DNA of 64,000 nucleotides, taken from the NCBI RefSeq assembly GCF_000315625.1, contig NW_005434630.1:372001-436000 (forward strand), read 5' to 3'. Origin of the DNA: Guillardia theta CCMP2712. Its lineage: Eukaryota > Protista > Cryptophyta. The position numbers and the translations under genes were made by a program. The notes under the pieces were generated by a model, which ran no database searches, was not told where the DNA came from, and was given only the letters and a program-made list of their open reading frames with translations. Each line of letters starts with the position of its first letter. Positions within the stretch are counted from its first letter, which is position 1. This document shows, one piece after another, positions 49,620 through 60,595 of the stretch.

Positions 49620-50618
49620 CCTGCTCCTCCTGCTCCTCCTCACCTCAGCTTGCATCCTGTCTCCATGTGCCCCACCTGACACGCCTCGTACTGCTCCAAG
49701 TGAGTCAACGGCCCCTGGGACGAGGGAAGATCGCACCATGAGCATTAGGGAGAGCAGGAAAGTCTCCCCCTGCATCCCCTGCCATGCCCCTCAGCGTCGT
49801 CGAAGATTGCATGCTCTTGCTTTCTGCACCTGCGGTATCCTCGCACCCTTGATGACGCTACCGAGCGTCGGGTGCCGGCGAACAGCGTCACTGTAGAACG
49901 CTATCTTCCTGCATGCGCAGTTAGCGTCTCCTCCTCCCCATCTCTCAGGGGCTCACAGGGGGATACGGAAGAGGAGCTCATCCTCCTTGATCATCTGCCG
50001 CGCGTACAGAGAGTTTCCCATGCCATGGCCGCCGTCGGCTCTCAGCTTGACCTGCCGATGACGAGAGGAGAAGAAGAGGAGAATCAGGGAACATGAAGAG
50101 CAGAGGATGCGTCAATGAACAGAAAGAAGATGAGTCAATGAACAGAAAGAAGATGAGATCGTTAGGTCTTGCAAGCGAATCAGAATGAAAAATGAGTTTG
50201 TGGCGATGGAAAGATGAAGATCCGACGGTTTCGTGTCGCAACCTTGCTATCATCGACGCCATTTCGTCTGAGCCATTTCGAGAATTCGATCAGGTCCTCG
50301 TTTCTCTTCGCGCTTCCTTCCTCAAGGAACTGCTAAAGAATCATCGAACCATCATATCAGCTCGTCACTCATCCGACACTTCATTGCCATCAGAGCAACC
50401 GAAATTCCATCCCAAACTCCTCTTCATGCTTCCTCCGGCCGCCACCCGACACGTTCCCTTCCTCTCAGCCTCTCTCTCTCTACACCACATCCTGCTCATC
50501 TCCATCGCTTTTCTCTCACACGTCATCTGATCTTCTTCTCTCCCCTTCTCATCTTCACCTGCTTCGCCGCCACCATCGCCAACATGCCGACCATCATCAG
50601 CTTTGCTGCCATCGTCAT
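46340..50618 (-). CDS. SET-domain lysine methyltransferase, Rubisco-LSMT/SETD3-like, with microsatellite-filled introns
   Basis: Exons give FSKWLRRNG, SFWLPYIK|ILPKTFSAPIFW, GSQV, YKWAAWNIHSRA, LIPLADM and ESYGDNANY. Probable N-terminal signal MTMAAKLMMVGMLAMVAA. Confidence 0.78.
48505..48608. repeat. (GAGAGG)n intronic microsatellite
   Basis: Perfect hexamer run. Confidence 0.9.
49263..49640. repeat. Inverted pair of (CAGGAG)n / (CTCCTG)n microsatellites
   Basis: (GCAGGA)n at 49263-49352 and (CTCCTG)n at 49561-49640 are mutually reverse-complementary. Confidence 0.9.
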
Positions 50619-50754
50619 CTCCCCGAAAAACTCACTCCCTCATCCCCGCCTTGGCCCATCCTCGACCAACCACCCAACCACCCCTGCAACCACCCCTGCA
50701 ACCCTGGGTGCAACCACCCCTACAACTACCAGAACCCTGGCCAAACTTCAAGGC

Positions 50755-50885
50755 TGGGCACTGAGCTTGCGGCCGGCACTCAGTGACCGTACAGGGCCCG
50801 CCGGGCACCGGCCCCGGGGGGCAGAAGTACCAAAGGTTGAGCCCGCCGTGACCGTACTGGCAGTCCACCGTCAGCCTGAGCCTAG
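50755..50885. promoter_or_regulatory. GC-rich island (copy 6)
   Basis: CACTCAGTGACCGTAC, a second GTGACCGTAC, and CCGGCCCCGGG. Confidence 0.5.
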
Positions 50886-50924
50886 AGGACGACCGACAAG
50901 ATCTCTATCTTTACTAACGAATCA

Positions 50925-53627
50925 TACTAGAAGCCTCTCACGCTCCCAGTCCTGCCTCCTGCTCTGTGAAGATCGGGGACCCCGAGGTTCAGGCACGTGA
51001 AGCCGCGGCTCTTCCCTGCTCCAACCACATCAGTGTCTTGAGCACGAGCAGGAGGTATCAGGGAGGAGGAGGAGGAGGAGGAGGAGGAGGAGGAGGAGGA
51101 GGAGGAGCACCTCTTGCGGCAGGATCCGACAGTAGTTCAGTAATCACCACGACCCATCGAGATGCTTCCCCGGTCGGGCCCCAACTCCTGCTCCCACCAG
51201 TGGAACCTGATCATGGCGTTCCTGTTCAGAACACCCTCTTCCTCCCCCCTCCCCCTCCTCCCCCTCCTCCTCCTTCCTCCCTCCCCTCCCCTGCTTTCCC
51301 GATCAGCCTTCTCCTCCCTTGGAGAAGACCAAGGAGGACAGTGACAGAGTGGGAGGGTCGAGAGAAAAGAGAGGAGGGGAGGGGAGGGGAGGGGAGGAGA
51401 AGTAAGAGGAGAACAGGAGGCGACGAAGACAGGGAAGGTGGGGACAAGAGGAGCACAGGAGAAGGAGAAGAGAGGAGAAGGCAAGGGAGAGGAGAATGCA
51501 AGGGGAAGAGAGCAGCAATCCCCTCAAACCCTCTGCTCGGTCCACTCACCCTGAGACAGTCTTGTCTGCGCAGTACACCGGCTCAGGTCCTCCAGCAGCA
51601 GTGGAGCGTGCTATGAAGAAAGTGAGAAGAAGGGAAGCGCTGGCGGAGAGAGAGACGAGAGCATGGTCATGTTGAGAACGAGACCAAACGGAGGGGATGG
51701 AGCAAGGGAGGATGAGGAGGGAGGGAGGGAGGGAGGGAGGGAGGGAGGGAGGGAGGGAGGGAGGGAGGGAGTCAGAGACAGAACAGGGAGAGGGAGAGGG
51801 AGAGGGAGAGGGAGAGGGAGAGGAGGAAGGAACGAACTCTTTCGAGGAGCTTGCATAACGTGGTCCTTGTCCTCGTCCTCCTCGTCCGACGATTCGGAGT
51901 CTGAATCTGAGCCGACCCGCTCACTGCAACCCTTCCTCTCAGCCGCGTAGAGCTTCTCCTGCTCCTATGAGCCTTTAGGTGGAGAAAGAGGAAGCAGCAA
52001 GGGGGGGGGGAAGGGACCATGCAACGATGATGATGATGATGATGATGATGATGAGGAGGAGGAGGAGGAGGAGGAGGAGGAAAACCTTCTTGAGCCAATA
52101 CTCTTTGTTCTCCCAAATCTTCAACTAGAAAGAAATCAGTTGGGTGACAGACAACTTCGGATGAGTAGGAATAGGAGGGGGAGGTAGAGGAGAAAAAGGA
52201 GGAGGTAGAAGAGCTAGAGGAAACTTAGGAAGGCAGAATGACGAGCAGCGAGAAGGAGCAGGAGAAATGAAAGAAATCTGACCTGCTTCTTCACACGGAC
52301 TTTCGCTCGCTCTACCTCCCCCTCCATCACTGCCTTGTCATCCCTGCCAAGGCCTCTCACCACATCCCTTCCTGTCTTCCACCTCCACCTCCTCCTCCTA
52401 CTCCTCACCTCCCGAGGCGGATCATTTCAGCTTTCATTCTCTCCAGCTTGTCTCGCTCCTCGTCCGCCTCCTCCCTTGCCTGCCTGCATCTTGGTGCTCA
52501 GCGGCTCCTGCGCCCTTCCCCTCCCGTCTCCTCCACTCACCTCTCACTCTGCACGAGGCTGAGCATGCTCAGCCGCCATGCTCGCTGCTTCTTCGTCCTT
52601 CTTGATGTCAGGCAAGGAGAAGAAGAGAGAATGGAGAGAAGACGACGAGAAAGAGGAGGAGGGTTGAAGGAGGAGGAAGGGGAGGGCTGGGGCGAAAGAA
52701 CGAAGACTTTGAGGAAGAGGAGAAGGGAGAAGGAGAAGGGGAGCAAAGGACTTCACCATCTCGCCGCAAATCTCTTGAGCCTCTGCAAGCTGATGAGCGG
52801 AAACTTTCCTCTCAAGCTGCGAATGTCGATGCCGTCAATGTCTTGAACCTAGCGAGAGGTCACGGAAGCAGAAGAGAGAAATGAGTGAGTGAGTGAGTGA
52901 GTGAGTGAGAGAAGGAGTGAGGGATGGAATATGGAGAGACTTCGGAAAGGAGGAGGGGAGAGTTTGGGTGTAGGGATAATTGATCGCTCACCTCCTTGAT
53001 ATTGAGCTCTCGCAGAATCTCCAAATCTGGAAGAATATTTGAAAAACATCCTCCTCCTCCTCCTCCTCCTCCCCGCCCCCTTTCCTCCCCCCACCCCATT
53101 TTCCTTCTCCTCCTCCTCCCTCTTCTTTTGTCGGACCTTCTTCCTTCGCAAAGTTGTTCAACGACAGGATCCTCAGGAGATCAGAGGACATGGCAGATTT
53201 GTTCTTCGCCTCTAGCAAGCATAGCCATCAAAGAATGACCCCACCATTCCCTCCTACTCCCCATCCTCTCACTATCCTCTCCCTCCTCCTCCTCCTCCTC
53301 CTCCTCCAACCATGTGGGGATCATACCGGCCAGTACGATCTCGTGCTCGCTCCTGGTTGTCCTGAGAACGAGAGGACCTGAGCACGCTCTCTCGCGATCC
53401 TTCTGCTTGCTACCTGTAGGGATAGTTGTCCGGCGCACTATCATGCTGACCTTGGGACCTGGAAGCCTCGAGTCAAGCAGCATCCCCCATGAGTTGTGAT
53501 GATACTCGATCCTTTGCTATCCATCGCTAAGGGAACAGGAGGGCGATGGTGATGGTGTTGATGAAAAGAATATGACGATTATTTTGATGATTATGATGAC
53601 GTTGTTGTTGTTGTTGTTGTTGTTGTA

Positions 53628-53677
<50 letters not shown>

Positions 53678-55400
53678 GGATGATGATGATGATGATAATG
53701 ACAGGGGGAGGGATGAGAAGTTGGTGGTAGAGCGGGGGGATGCCAACAAATGAGAAAGAGCAAGAGAAAGAGGAAACAGTTCTGGGCTGGTGGGCAAGGG
53801 GAAGAAAGAGCATTACCTCCAGACAGGAACAAGAGTGATGTTGCTTGTTTCAAACTCGATCTCAGTCAGTCCCACCGGATCTCGTTTGACCTGCATTCCG
53901 CTCACGGTCAGTGCGAGTGAAGGAGAGAACATGTCAGTATAGGAGGTGAGGAAGAGACTCGATGTGAAAAAAAGAGTCAAAAGACGGGAGAGATACAAAG
54001 CGGAGCTGAGCGAGGTAAATGAGAAAAAGGAGGAGAAGGAAGACGAAGAGGAGAGGAGAGAGGAGAGAGGAGAGAGGAGAGAGGAGAGAGCAAGACGAGG
54101 ACGAGGACAACAAGGAGGAGGAGAGAGGAGAACAAGGATGATGATGACGACGACGACGACAAGGACAAGAAGGAGGAGCAGGAGCAGAAAGCTCAGGACC
54201 TCCGTGAAGGTATGCCATCGATCGTCAAAGATTGCTCTGACTTCCACAGGCTCCTGCAGACAACGTCTGAGCTTTTTCATCACGACCTGCAGCCCTTTCA
54301 CCTTTGCGGCAGTGAGGTTGCCGTGGAACGAGACTTCAGACTGCCACGAGGGTCAAATGAGGAAGGGAGGAGGGAGAGAGGGAGGGAGGGAGGACCATGA
54401 AGTTGAGACGAGCTGCTGTGCTCAGCGAGTTGATATTCACGAAATTCCACGCGACACGCTCGCCTCGCATCACATCGAACCCCTCAAATGTCATCTGAAC
54501 TTAACGATAAGACTCTGACCCAAACCTCCTCGTCCTCCCCCCTTCTCTCACTACCACACCCCAGTCCTCCCTCCCCTCCCTTTCCTCCTGCCCACCTTGA
54601 AAGGACCCTTTGCAAGCGCCTCCCCTTCTCCTCTCTCCCATCGCCCTGTTGGATCGACTTCGACGACTCCTGCCGAACACACGACTGTCATCCTTCATCT
54701 CCTCACCTGCTCCATCACCTTGCCCTCTGAATCGACATCCTGCCAGCTCCTCGCACGCTGTCAGTCGCTCGAACGAGGACCTGAAGCAACTTGTCAGCCT
54801 TCTACCCTCTCCTCTTCGCCCAGCCCACATGAGGGGCCAGCGTCCAAGATGAGCCTTGGCCACTTGCCTGCCAGCGCGATCAGGAAGCACCGGAGAGCTT
54901 ACACAAGACTCACTGTCTCAGTGCCTTTGGGACGATGTCCTGCAACAAGTGTTTCATGGCAGGGACGCTGTCGGTGTACTGCACGTGCGGTCTATCGCCC
55001 GGCATCATCGCCTTACTTCCTCGAGAGTTCTTCTTCCAGCTCCAGCGACTCCTTGGTGTTCTCGTTCAACATGCACTCGATGGTAGAGCAGAGCGATTCC
55101 AGCTCGGCCTGCACTGCAAGCTCTTCGATCTCAAGCTGCATGACCGCCAACTCTTGCAGTTTCGCCTTGATATCCGATACGTACGGAATCGATTCAGACT
55201 CTATCCCTGCTTGATCGCCGTTGTTCATCTCGCTCCTCACCCACAATCACAATCTGCATCGAGTACATTCAGCTCAGGACTAACATTCACTCTCTGCGCT
55301 TCTGATGGGTTCCTATTGCATCGGATGCCGTATCTGAGAGTACTTCCTTCCTTTCAAAATCTTTGAATTTGATTTCCACATCCTTTTGGATTAACTTCAT
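50925..55400 (-). CDS. Multi-exon hypothetical protein (N-terminal coiled coil), introns rich in simple repeats
   Basis: Coding-like exons (IKAKLQELAVMQLEIEEL; VKGLQVVMKKLRRCLQEP; LLDSRLPGPKVSM) sit between GT-AG introns. Both ends are approximate. Confidence 0.45.
53588..53700. repeat. Compound (GTT)n/(GAT)n trinucleotide microsatellite
   Basis: Seen directly in an intron. Confidence 0.9.
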
Positions 55401-55601
55401 GTCTTATCGACTTCTCCTGCTCCACTCTACTCCACTCCACGTGACTGGCTCGCACTCACTCTCGCTCTCATCTCCCTCTGCTCATTGCTCTCCGTTCATC
55501 CTTCTCTCTCTCTTCTCGCTCCCTTCACCCCTTCTTCAAGCACTGTGCGCATGGGCTGTGTTGGTTTCACGGTTACAACGGTCATGTCAAACCTACTAAG
55601 T

Positions 55602-55670
55602 AGGCCCAAGTTGGGCCGGCCCGGCCCGGCACTGTTGACTCAGTGACACTGACTTTCCGAGTCGGGTTGT
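55602..55670. promoter_or_regulatory. GC-rich island (copy 7)
   Basis: GGGCCGGCCCGGCCCGGC, and TGACTCAGTGAC at 55636. Confidence 0.45.
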
Positions 55671-56001
55671 CAACTTTCGGTCATGACTATACATGATGTA
55701 TTCAGGCACACTGGTAGCAGGGTTGGTTCTCACTGTCTTTTCTCTTCTCGCCGTACGGCCTGTGCGATGGAGTAAAGACTGGCATACAGGCTGAGTGCCT
55801 TCAGGCTAACCCAAGGCTTACAGTGGATTACAAATATACTGAGGGCATCGTTACTACTCTCAGTGCGGTTTCAGTTTGTAATCAGTTCTAAGACTCTCTG
55901 GAGCTACTTCCAGTTACTCTGTCCGACACTGTTCGGACAGGAGAAAGAATATCACTGAGCAATGAAAAAATCTCATCCTATTTACAAATCCATCCTTGTC
56001 C

Positions 56002-57943
56002 TTATCTCACGGTAATCGACCCGCTCGTCCCATTCATCCCATGATGTTCGCTTCTCAGCGCCTCTTTGTCTGGCAACGATCGTCGCAATCGATCTTCGTC
56101 GATCTCCGATCCACCTTGCTCGAACTTCAGCATAGAAATTTCTTGTCGAGCCGACAGCTGTCTTGGGTTTCCCTCATCAAGCACATGAGCCTTAGAAAAC
56201 CATCTTCTCACGGGTCTGTCGTCAACGCTGATGAGCTTTTCTCGCTGCTCGGATCCCTCCCCCTTCATGTTTTCAGCTTGTGCAGGATTCAGGCCAATCT
56301 GATCAAAGCACAAGGTCAAATGAAGAGCAATGCATGAACGTTTCACTGACAAAGTTTAGGAAGGCCAGTTGTTTGCTTTTCTGTGCTCTCGAGGGTTTTA
56401 TGTCTGCACTCAGAGGAGGAAAGAGTTTTGTACGGATTTCGCCACGCGGCGTCGATGCTTCTACTGATCGTCTGGGCATATCAAGTCAATCAGAGGCTTC
56501 TGACATGTCACTTGCATCATTACTGAAGATGTTGCATCTGCCTCGTCTGAACATTCAACTTATTCTCCAACTCTACAACTTTTGATTTCAAGATGGCATT
56601 CTCCTGTTTACAACGATCCACTTCCTGTCCAGGCATCGTCAACAAGTTGAACGTAAAACAAGCATTTCGGATACCACTTTCGAGATGGATTCATGGTTTG
56701 CTTGATCCTGCAGTTTCCTTCCCTGATGGTTCATGAACTGACGCTGCTGTCCCATCTTTTCCGCCAGCTTGTGAATCTTGAATGACACGTCACAGGTACA
56801 ACTTCGGTCAGACATTGAGACGAGACCTCTTGTTCTTTGATCTCCAGGTCAGTCCGCAAGGTCTTGTTCTCTCTCGACATGCGCTCGACTGTCGACTGCA
56901 GGTAATCAACCTGAACAAGGGGTCAACGACGTCTGACGTCTCAACTGGAGCACCTCTTTCTGAAGATTCTCTACAAGAATCAGCCTTTTCTTGTTCAAGC
57001 GGATTGCCTTCTTGGTGACGTCATCGACTGAATTCATATCAGGACGGGTTGCTGGTCCACCCATAGCAGGAAAAACAAACACCTCTCTGCATCGCTCGCT
57101 CTTCAACGCTGGACTCTGTCTCATCGATCTATTTTGTGATCAGCAGAGCAAATGGATGAGCTGCCCTTACCTTTCTATCACACTGTATACGGACTGCCGC
57201 GTACTTGAAATCGAAATCTCTTATCAAGTCCGACACCTCCACATCATGGCTGCGAGGTGAATTAAACTGACCATGGGCCGAGAGTTGGAAGCGCACCGAT
57301 TTTTCAGTTCCGAAACTTCGTGTCGGAGCTCTATCAGCTCGTTCTCTAGCAGAGTCTTGTTCTCCTGGTGAGATGAACATCAGCCGCACACCATGAATCG
57401 ACGGCGCAGAGCATGCCTTGAAGCTCGAGAGGTCAACTAGCTCTTGACGCATTCTCCTCATTTCCTGGCGATGGATGAGCGAGCCTACAGGACACTATAG
57501 ATATGTCCACACACCTCTTCTATCGCTTCACGTTCGGAATGAGATTGTGCTCTCAAATCCTCCATCTCCGCGTCTTTCGCTATCAAATCCTCTTTCCAGT
57601 TTGTTCGCACTGACCGCACCTCGTCCTCAAGTGCTGCTATCCGTTCGGACTTCACAGCAAGATCTCTCTACGAGACAGTCAGACGTGCATGAAGACCCAG
57701 GCAACATCCTCTTACCTGCAGATGCGAACAAATATCCAATTCATCTTCTTGTTTCTGCGACAGCTCCCGCTCGAGCTCCTCGACCTGCTTCTTTAGAGCC
57801 TCGTTCCTTTCCTCTAGGCTTCTGATCCTCACGGAATTGACATAGGAAGCGTCCCCCGAGACTGGCGGGGATGATCTAGTCTTCGCCAACGACCCCTCTT
57901 CAGCATCTTCAGAGCCCAGCGCAACCTGCTTCTTCTTCGGCAT
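56002..57943 (-). CDS. Coiled-coil protein, possibly CFAP157-like (flagellar)
   Basis: MPKKK start, RIRSLEERN...DELDICSHLQ|RDL..., LSSFK and DDVTKKAIR resemble the CFAP157 pattern. Many short introns. Confidence 0.45.
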
Positions 57944-59246
57944 GTTGTACAGCAGGAATCGATCAGCCTTCAGAATGAATACAGGTTCAATTCATCCTAC
58001 AAGTGGCTACATGAGATAGATTCTCGTATGCTCGGTTCGTTTCTTTTCTGAACGCTGCTCTCTTCTGTCCCCCTTCTCCCTCCCATCCGTCATCGTGTTC
58101 TCTCCTTTCGCCCCCGTTCTGCCAACACCAGCATTGCGGTTATGATCCCATGGGAGCAATAGGATGGTTGGGGTAATAATGCTACCGGTCCATTTCCCAT
58201 GTCGAGCCTCATTGAGCTGGGGTGGGTAGGTGTCTGATATACCAAGAAAGGGGGTGGGAACGATTTGGTCGTAGGGTGGTTGAGTACCGGTCCTTTGAGG
58301 CATAAATTTGCGGATAGACCAGTGGGTCATATTATTTCATCGGGTGTATTTGCCTTGGACTCTGGAGGTAGGGGTAGTAGGCTATGGTGATTGGTAGTAC
58401 TTTGGAGGCGTAGAGGGTCATAGGAGAGTTCATATTACATACCAAAATCCTAAGAATTTTAAGGTCCTAGTTGAGTCTTAGTGAGGGTAAGTGAGGGCCG
58501 AAGTGGGTAAACACATCCACCAAATTGTACAAGTTTTAAATCAATATCAAATGTTTGAGGTAATACATATAATTAGCTGATGAATATTGAAAGTTGTATG
58601 TGTCACCAAATCTAAAGTCTGAAATAATCATGAATTCGGTGTATGGGGGACGGGTGCGTTGACCATTGCACCATGGCCAAGACAGCGGCAAACTTTGAGG
58701 AAAGAGAGTTGAGGATGGCAGGGAGGAGACGATGGCGGAGAGAATGCGATGTACGATGAGCGTCTCCATCGAACTGACAACTCAATCGAGACATGACTTG
58801 AAAGGAAGGGATGCAGTGGACTGAAAGTGCTCGGGACAAGTGCTCTACAGCGCTTATCATCATGGCCGGCTCCCAAGAAGTGCTCTTGGCAGATCCAGGA
58901 AACCCGGAGGCAGCATCGAGTTGCAATATGCATTTGAAGAATCAAGTTGTACATAGCGTAGATGAAGCGATCATGGGTAGGGAAACAAAGTTAGAACAAA
59001 ATTGCATAGTCGATCAAAGAGTTCGAAACTGATGTCCAACCATTCAGAGGGAATGTTCTTGTGAAACACCAAACCGACGATAGTGAGACATCGCTTGAGA
59101 TACATCCCGGAGATGATATGAAGTTGTCATTTTGAGGGCCACCACAGTTGTCTTCATATTTACGGTTGCTCGCAGGTTTGTCAAGCACGGTCAAGGGTTG
59201 TGACCTCAAGCATATGTGATTGTATGGTGGATTGTTGGAGCAGGAA

Positions 59247-60465
59247 ATGAAATACCTTGAGTGGTACAAGCTGTCTGATGTCTCCCCTCGGTACCTGAAA
59301 AAACTTTGACAGTGCGCCGATCACGGAGTTGGATGTTGCACTACAGAGCGGGATTGACATTGGGGACTCGTGTGTTCAAGGGAAGCTAGAAATCTACTCC
59401 TGTAAGTGCTGTGAAGACTCCTCCTGCCTCTTCTCTTCTATCTCCGATTTCTCTATGAGCCATGTGCATGCGGGCCACTGTTGGGTTTCAGCCCGATCTG
59501 ACGAGTGTTCTAACGTGCAGGCAAACTCGCCTCGAGTGAGAGAAAGTTAGCTTCATCCCTTGACAGCGTGTGGAAGGATACCCCAGCGGAGAACGAAGTG
59601 ATCCTTGCATCTACCGCCCCTGTTCCTCCTCCTTACCGTGCGTGTTTGTTGTAGCACGTTCATCATTCGCTGTCGCCAACCTCTGCCTCACCCCTTGGAA
59701 GTGTGAACGAGTTTGCAACTCGAAAGCTCCTCATCAACCTCATCCTGACCTTGAACAACACGTTTGCCGACTACGATTTCCGGTTGAGCATGTGCGAAGC
59801 TCGATGTTCCTCTCTCATCTCCTTGCAGAAACTTGAGGCCGGAGGATTTCACCCGAGAATCCTCCCTGGAGATGGTCATGAACTCGGTTAGCATCCTTGA
59901 TTCGCGCTGTTGTGTCCCTGAATTGAAGACTTGGCGGTGGTTGCAGGTGAATAGCAAGATGTCAAGAGTCGATGATGGTTCAGACTCCAACTTCTGCACA
60001 AGGTTGTGGTCAGCACTGACATCGGAGATGTGCCTGCGGGAGTGTGAGATCTACAGGTGGTTTCATGGCGCGTGCTGCGGTGCGTTCTGATGCCTTTTGG
60101 TCGCCAGCTATGTCGCAGACATGGATGAAGATGCTCTCAGTTATGGGAAGCTGTGAGTGACGGCGAAGACTCTCGAGCTGCTGCTGATGCTTGTGTCAGG
60201 TGGTCTGTAAATTACTTCTTCTACAACAAGAAATTGAATAAGCTCGCCTTCTTTGCATGTTGGATTAAGAGGTCACCCGTTTGCATATGAGGTGACCTTG
60301 CATTGCTGATCGACCTTACAGCAAGGGCAGAAGTAGCTTGCTTCTTGAAGACGACGACGACGACGAGATGACTCTGGAGAGGTGAGGTGTGTTTGGCGTC
60401 CTGCGCCTTGTTGACTCGGGGACAGTGACAACGATCTTGAGTTCGAGATGGAGGATGGCATATAG
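59247..60465 (+). CDS. MAF1: Repressor of RNA polymerase III transcription MAF1
   Basis: MKYL start, GKLEIYSCK, RKLLINLILTLNNTFADYDF, LWSAL..EMCLRECEIYSY, LWSVNYFFYNKKL and an acidic tail. Confidence 0.93.
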
Positions 60466-60595
60466 AGTGCGAGTAAGAGCTCATAATGTGTGTTAATAGG
60501 CCTGCAAGAAGAAGCGTTCTCTCAGAACATTTTACCAACAATAAATGCGAAGTGTGAAGGAGGAGGAACCAGGGAAGTTTGCAGGACTGTTTGCG

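Noticed and set aside
58620-59240. Short ORFs upstream of MAF1
   Set aside because: No motifs or consistent exon chain. May be 5'UTR or intergenic.
59402-59520. Possible C/D snoRNA in the long MAF1 intron
   Set aside because: Box C is imperfect (GTGAAGA), and there is no convincing terminal stem or recognisable rRNA guide.
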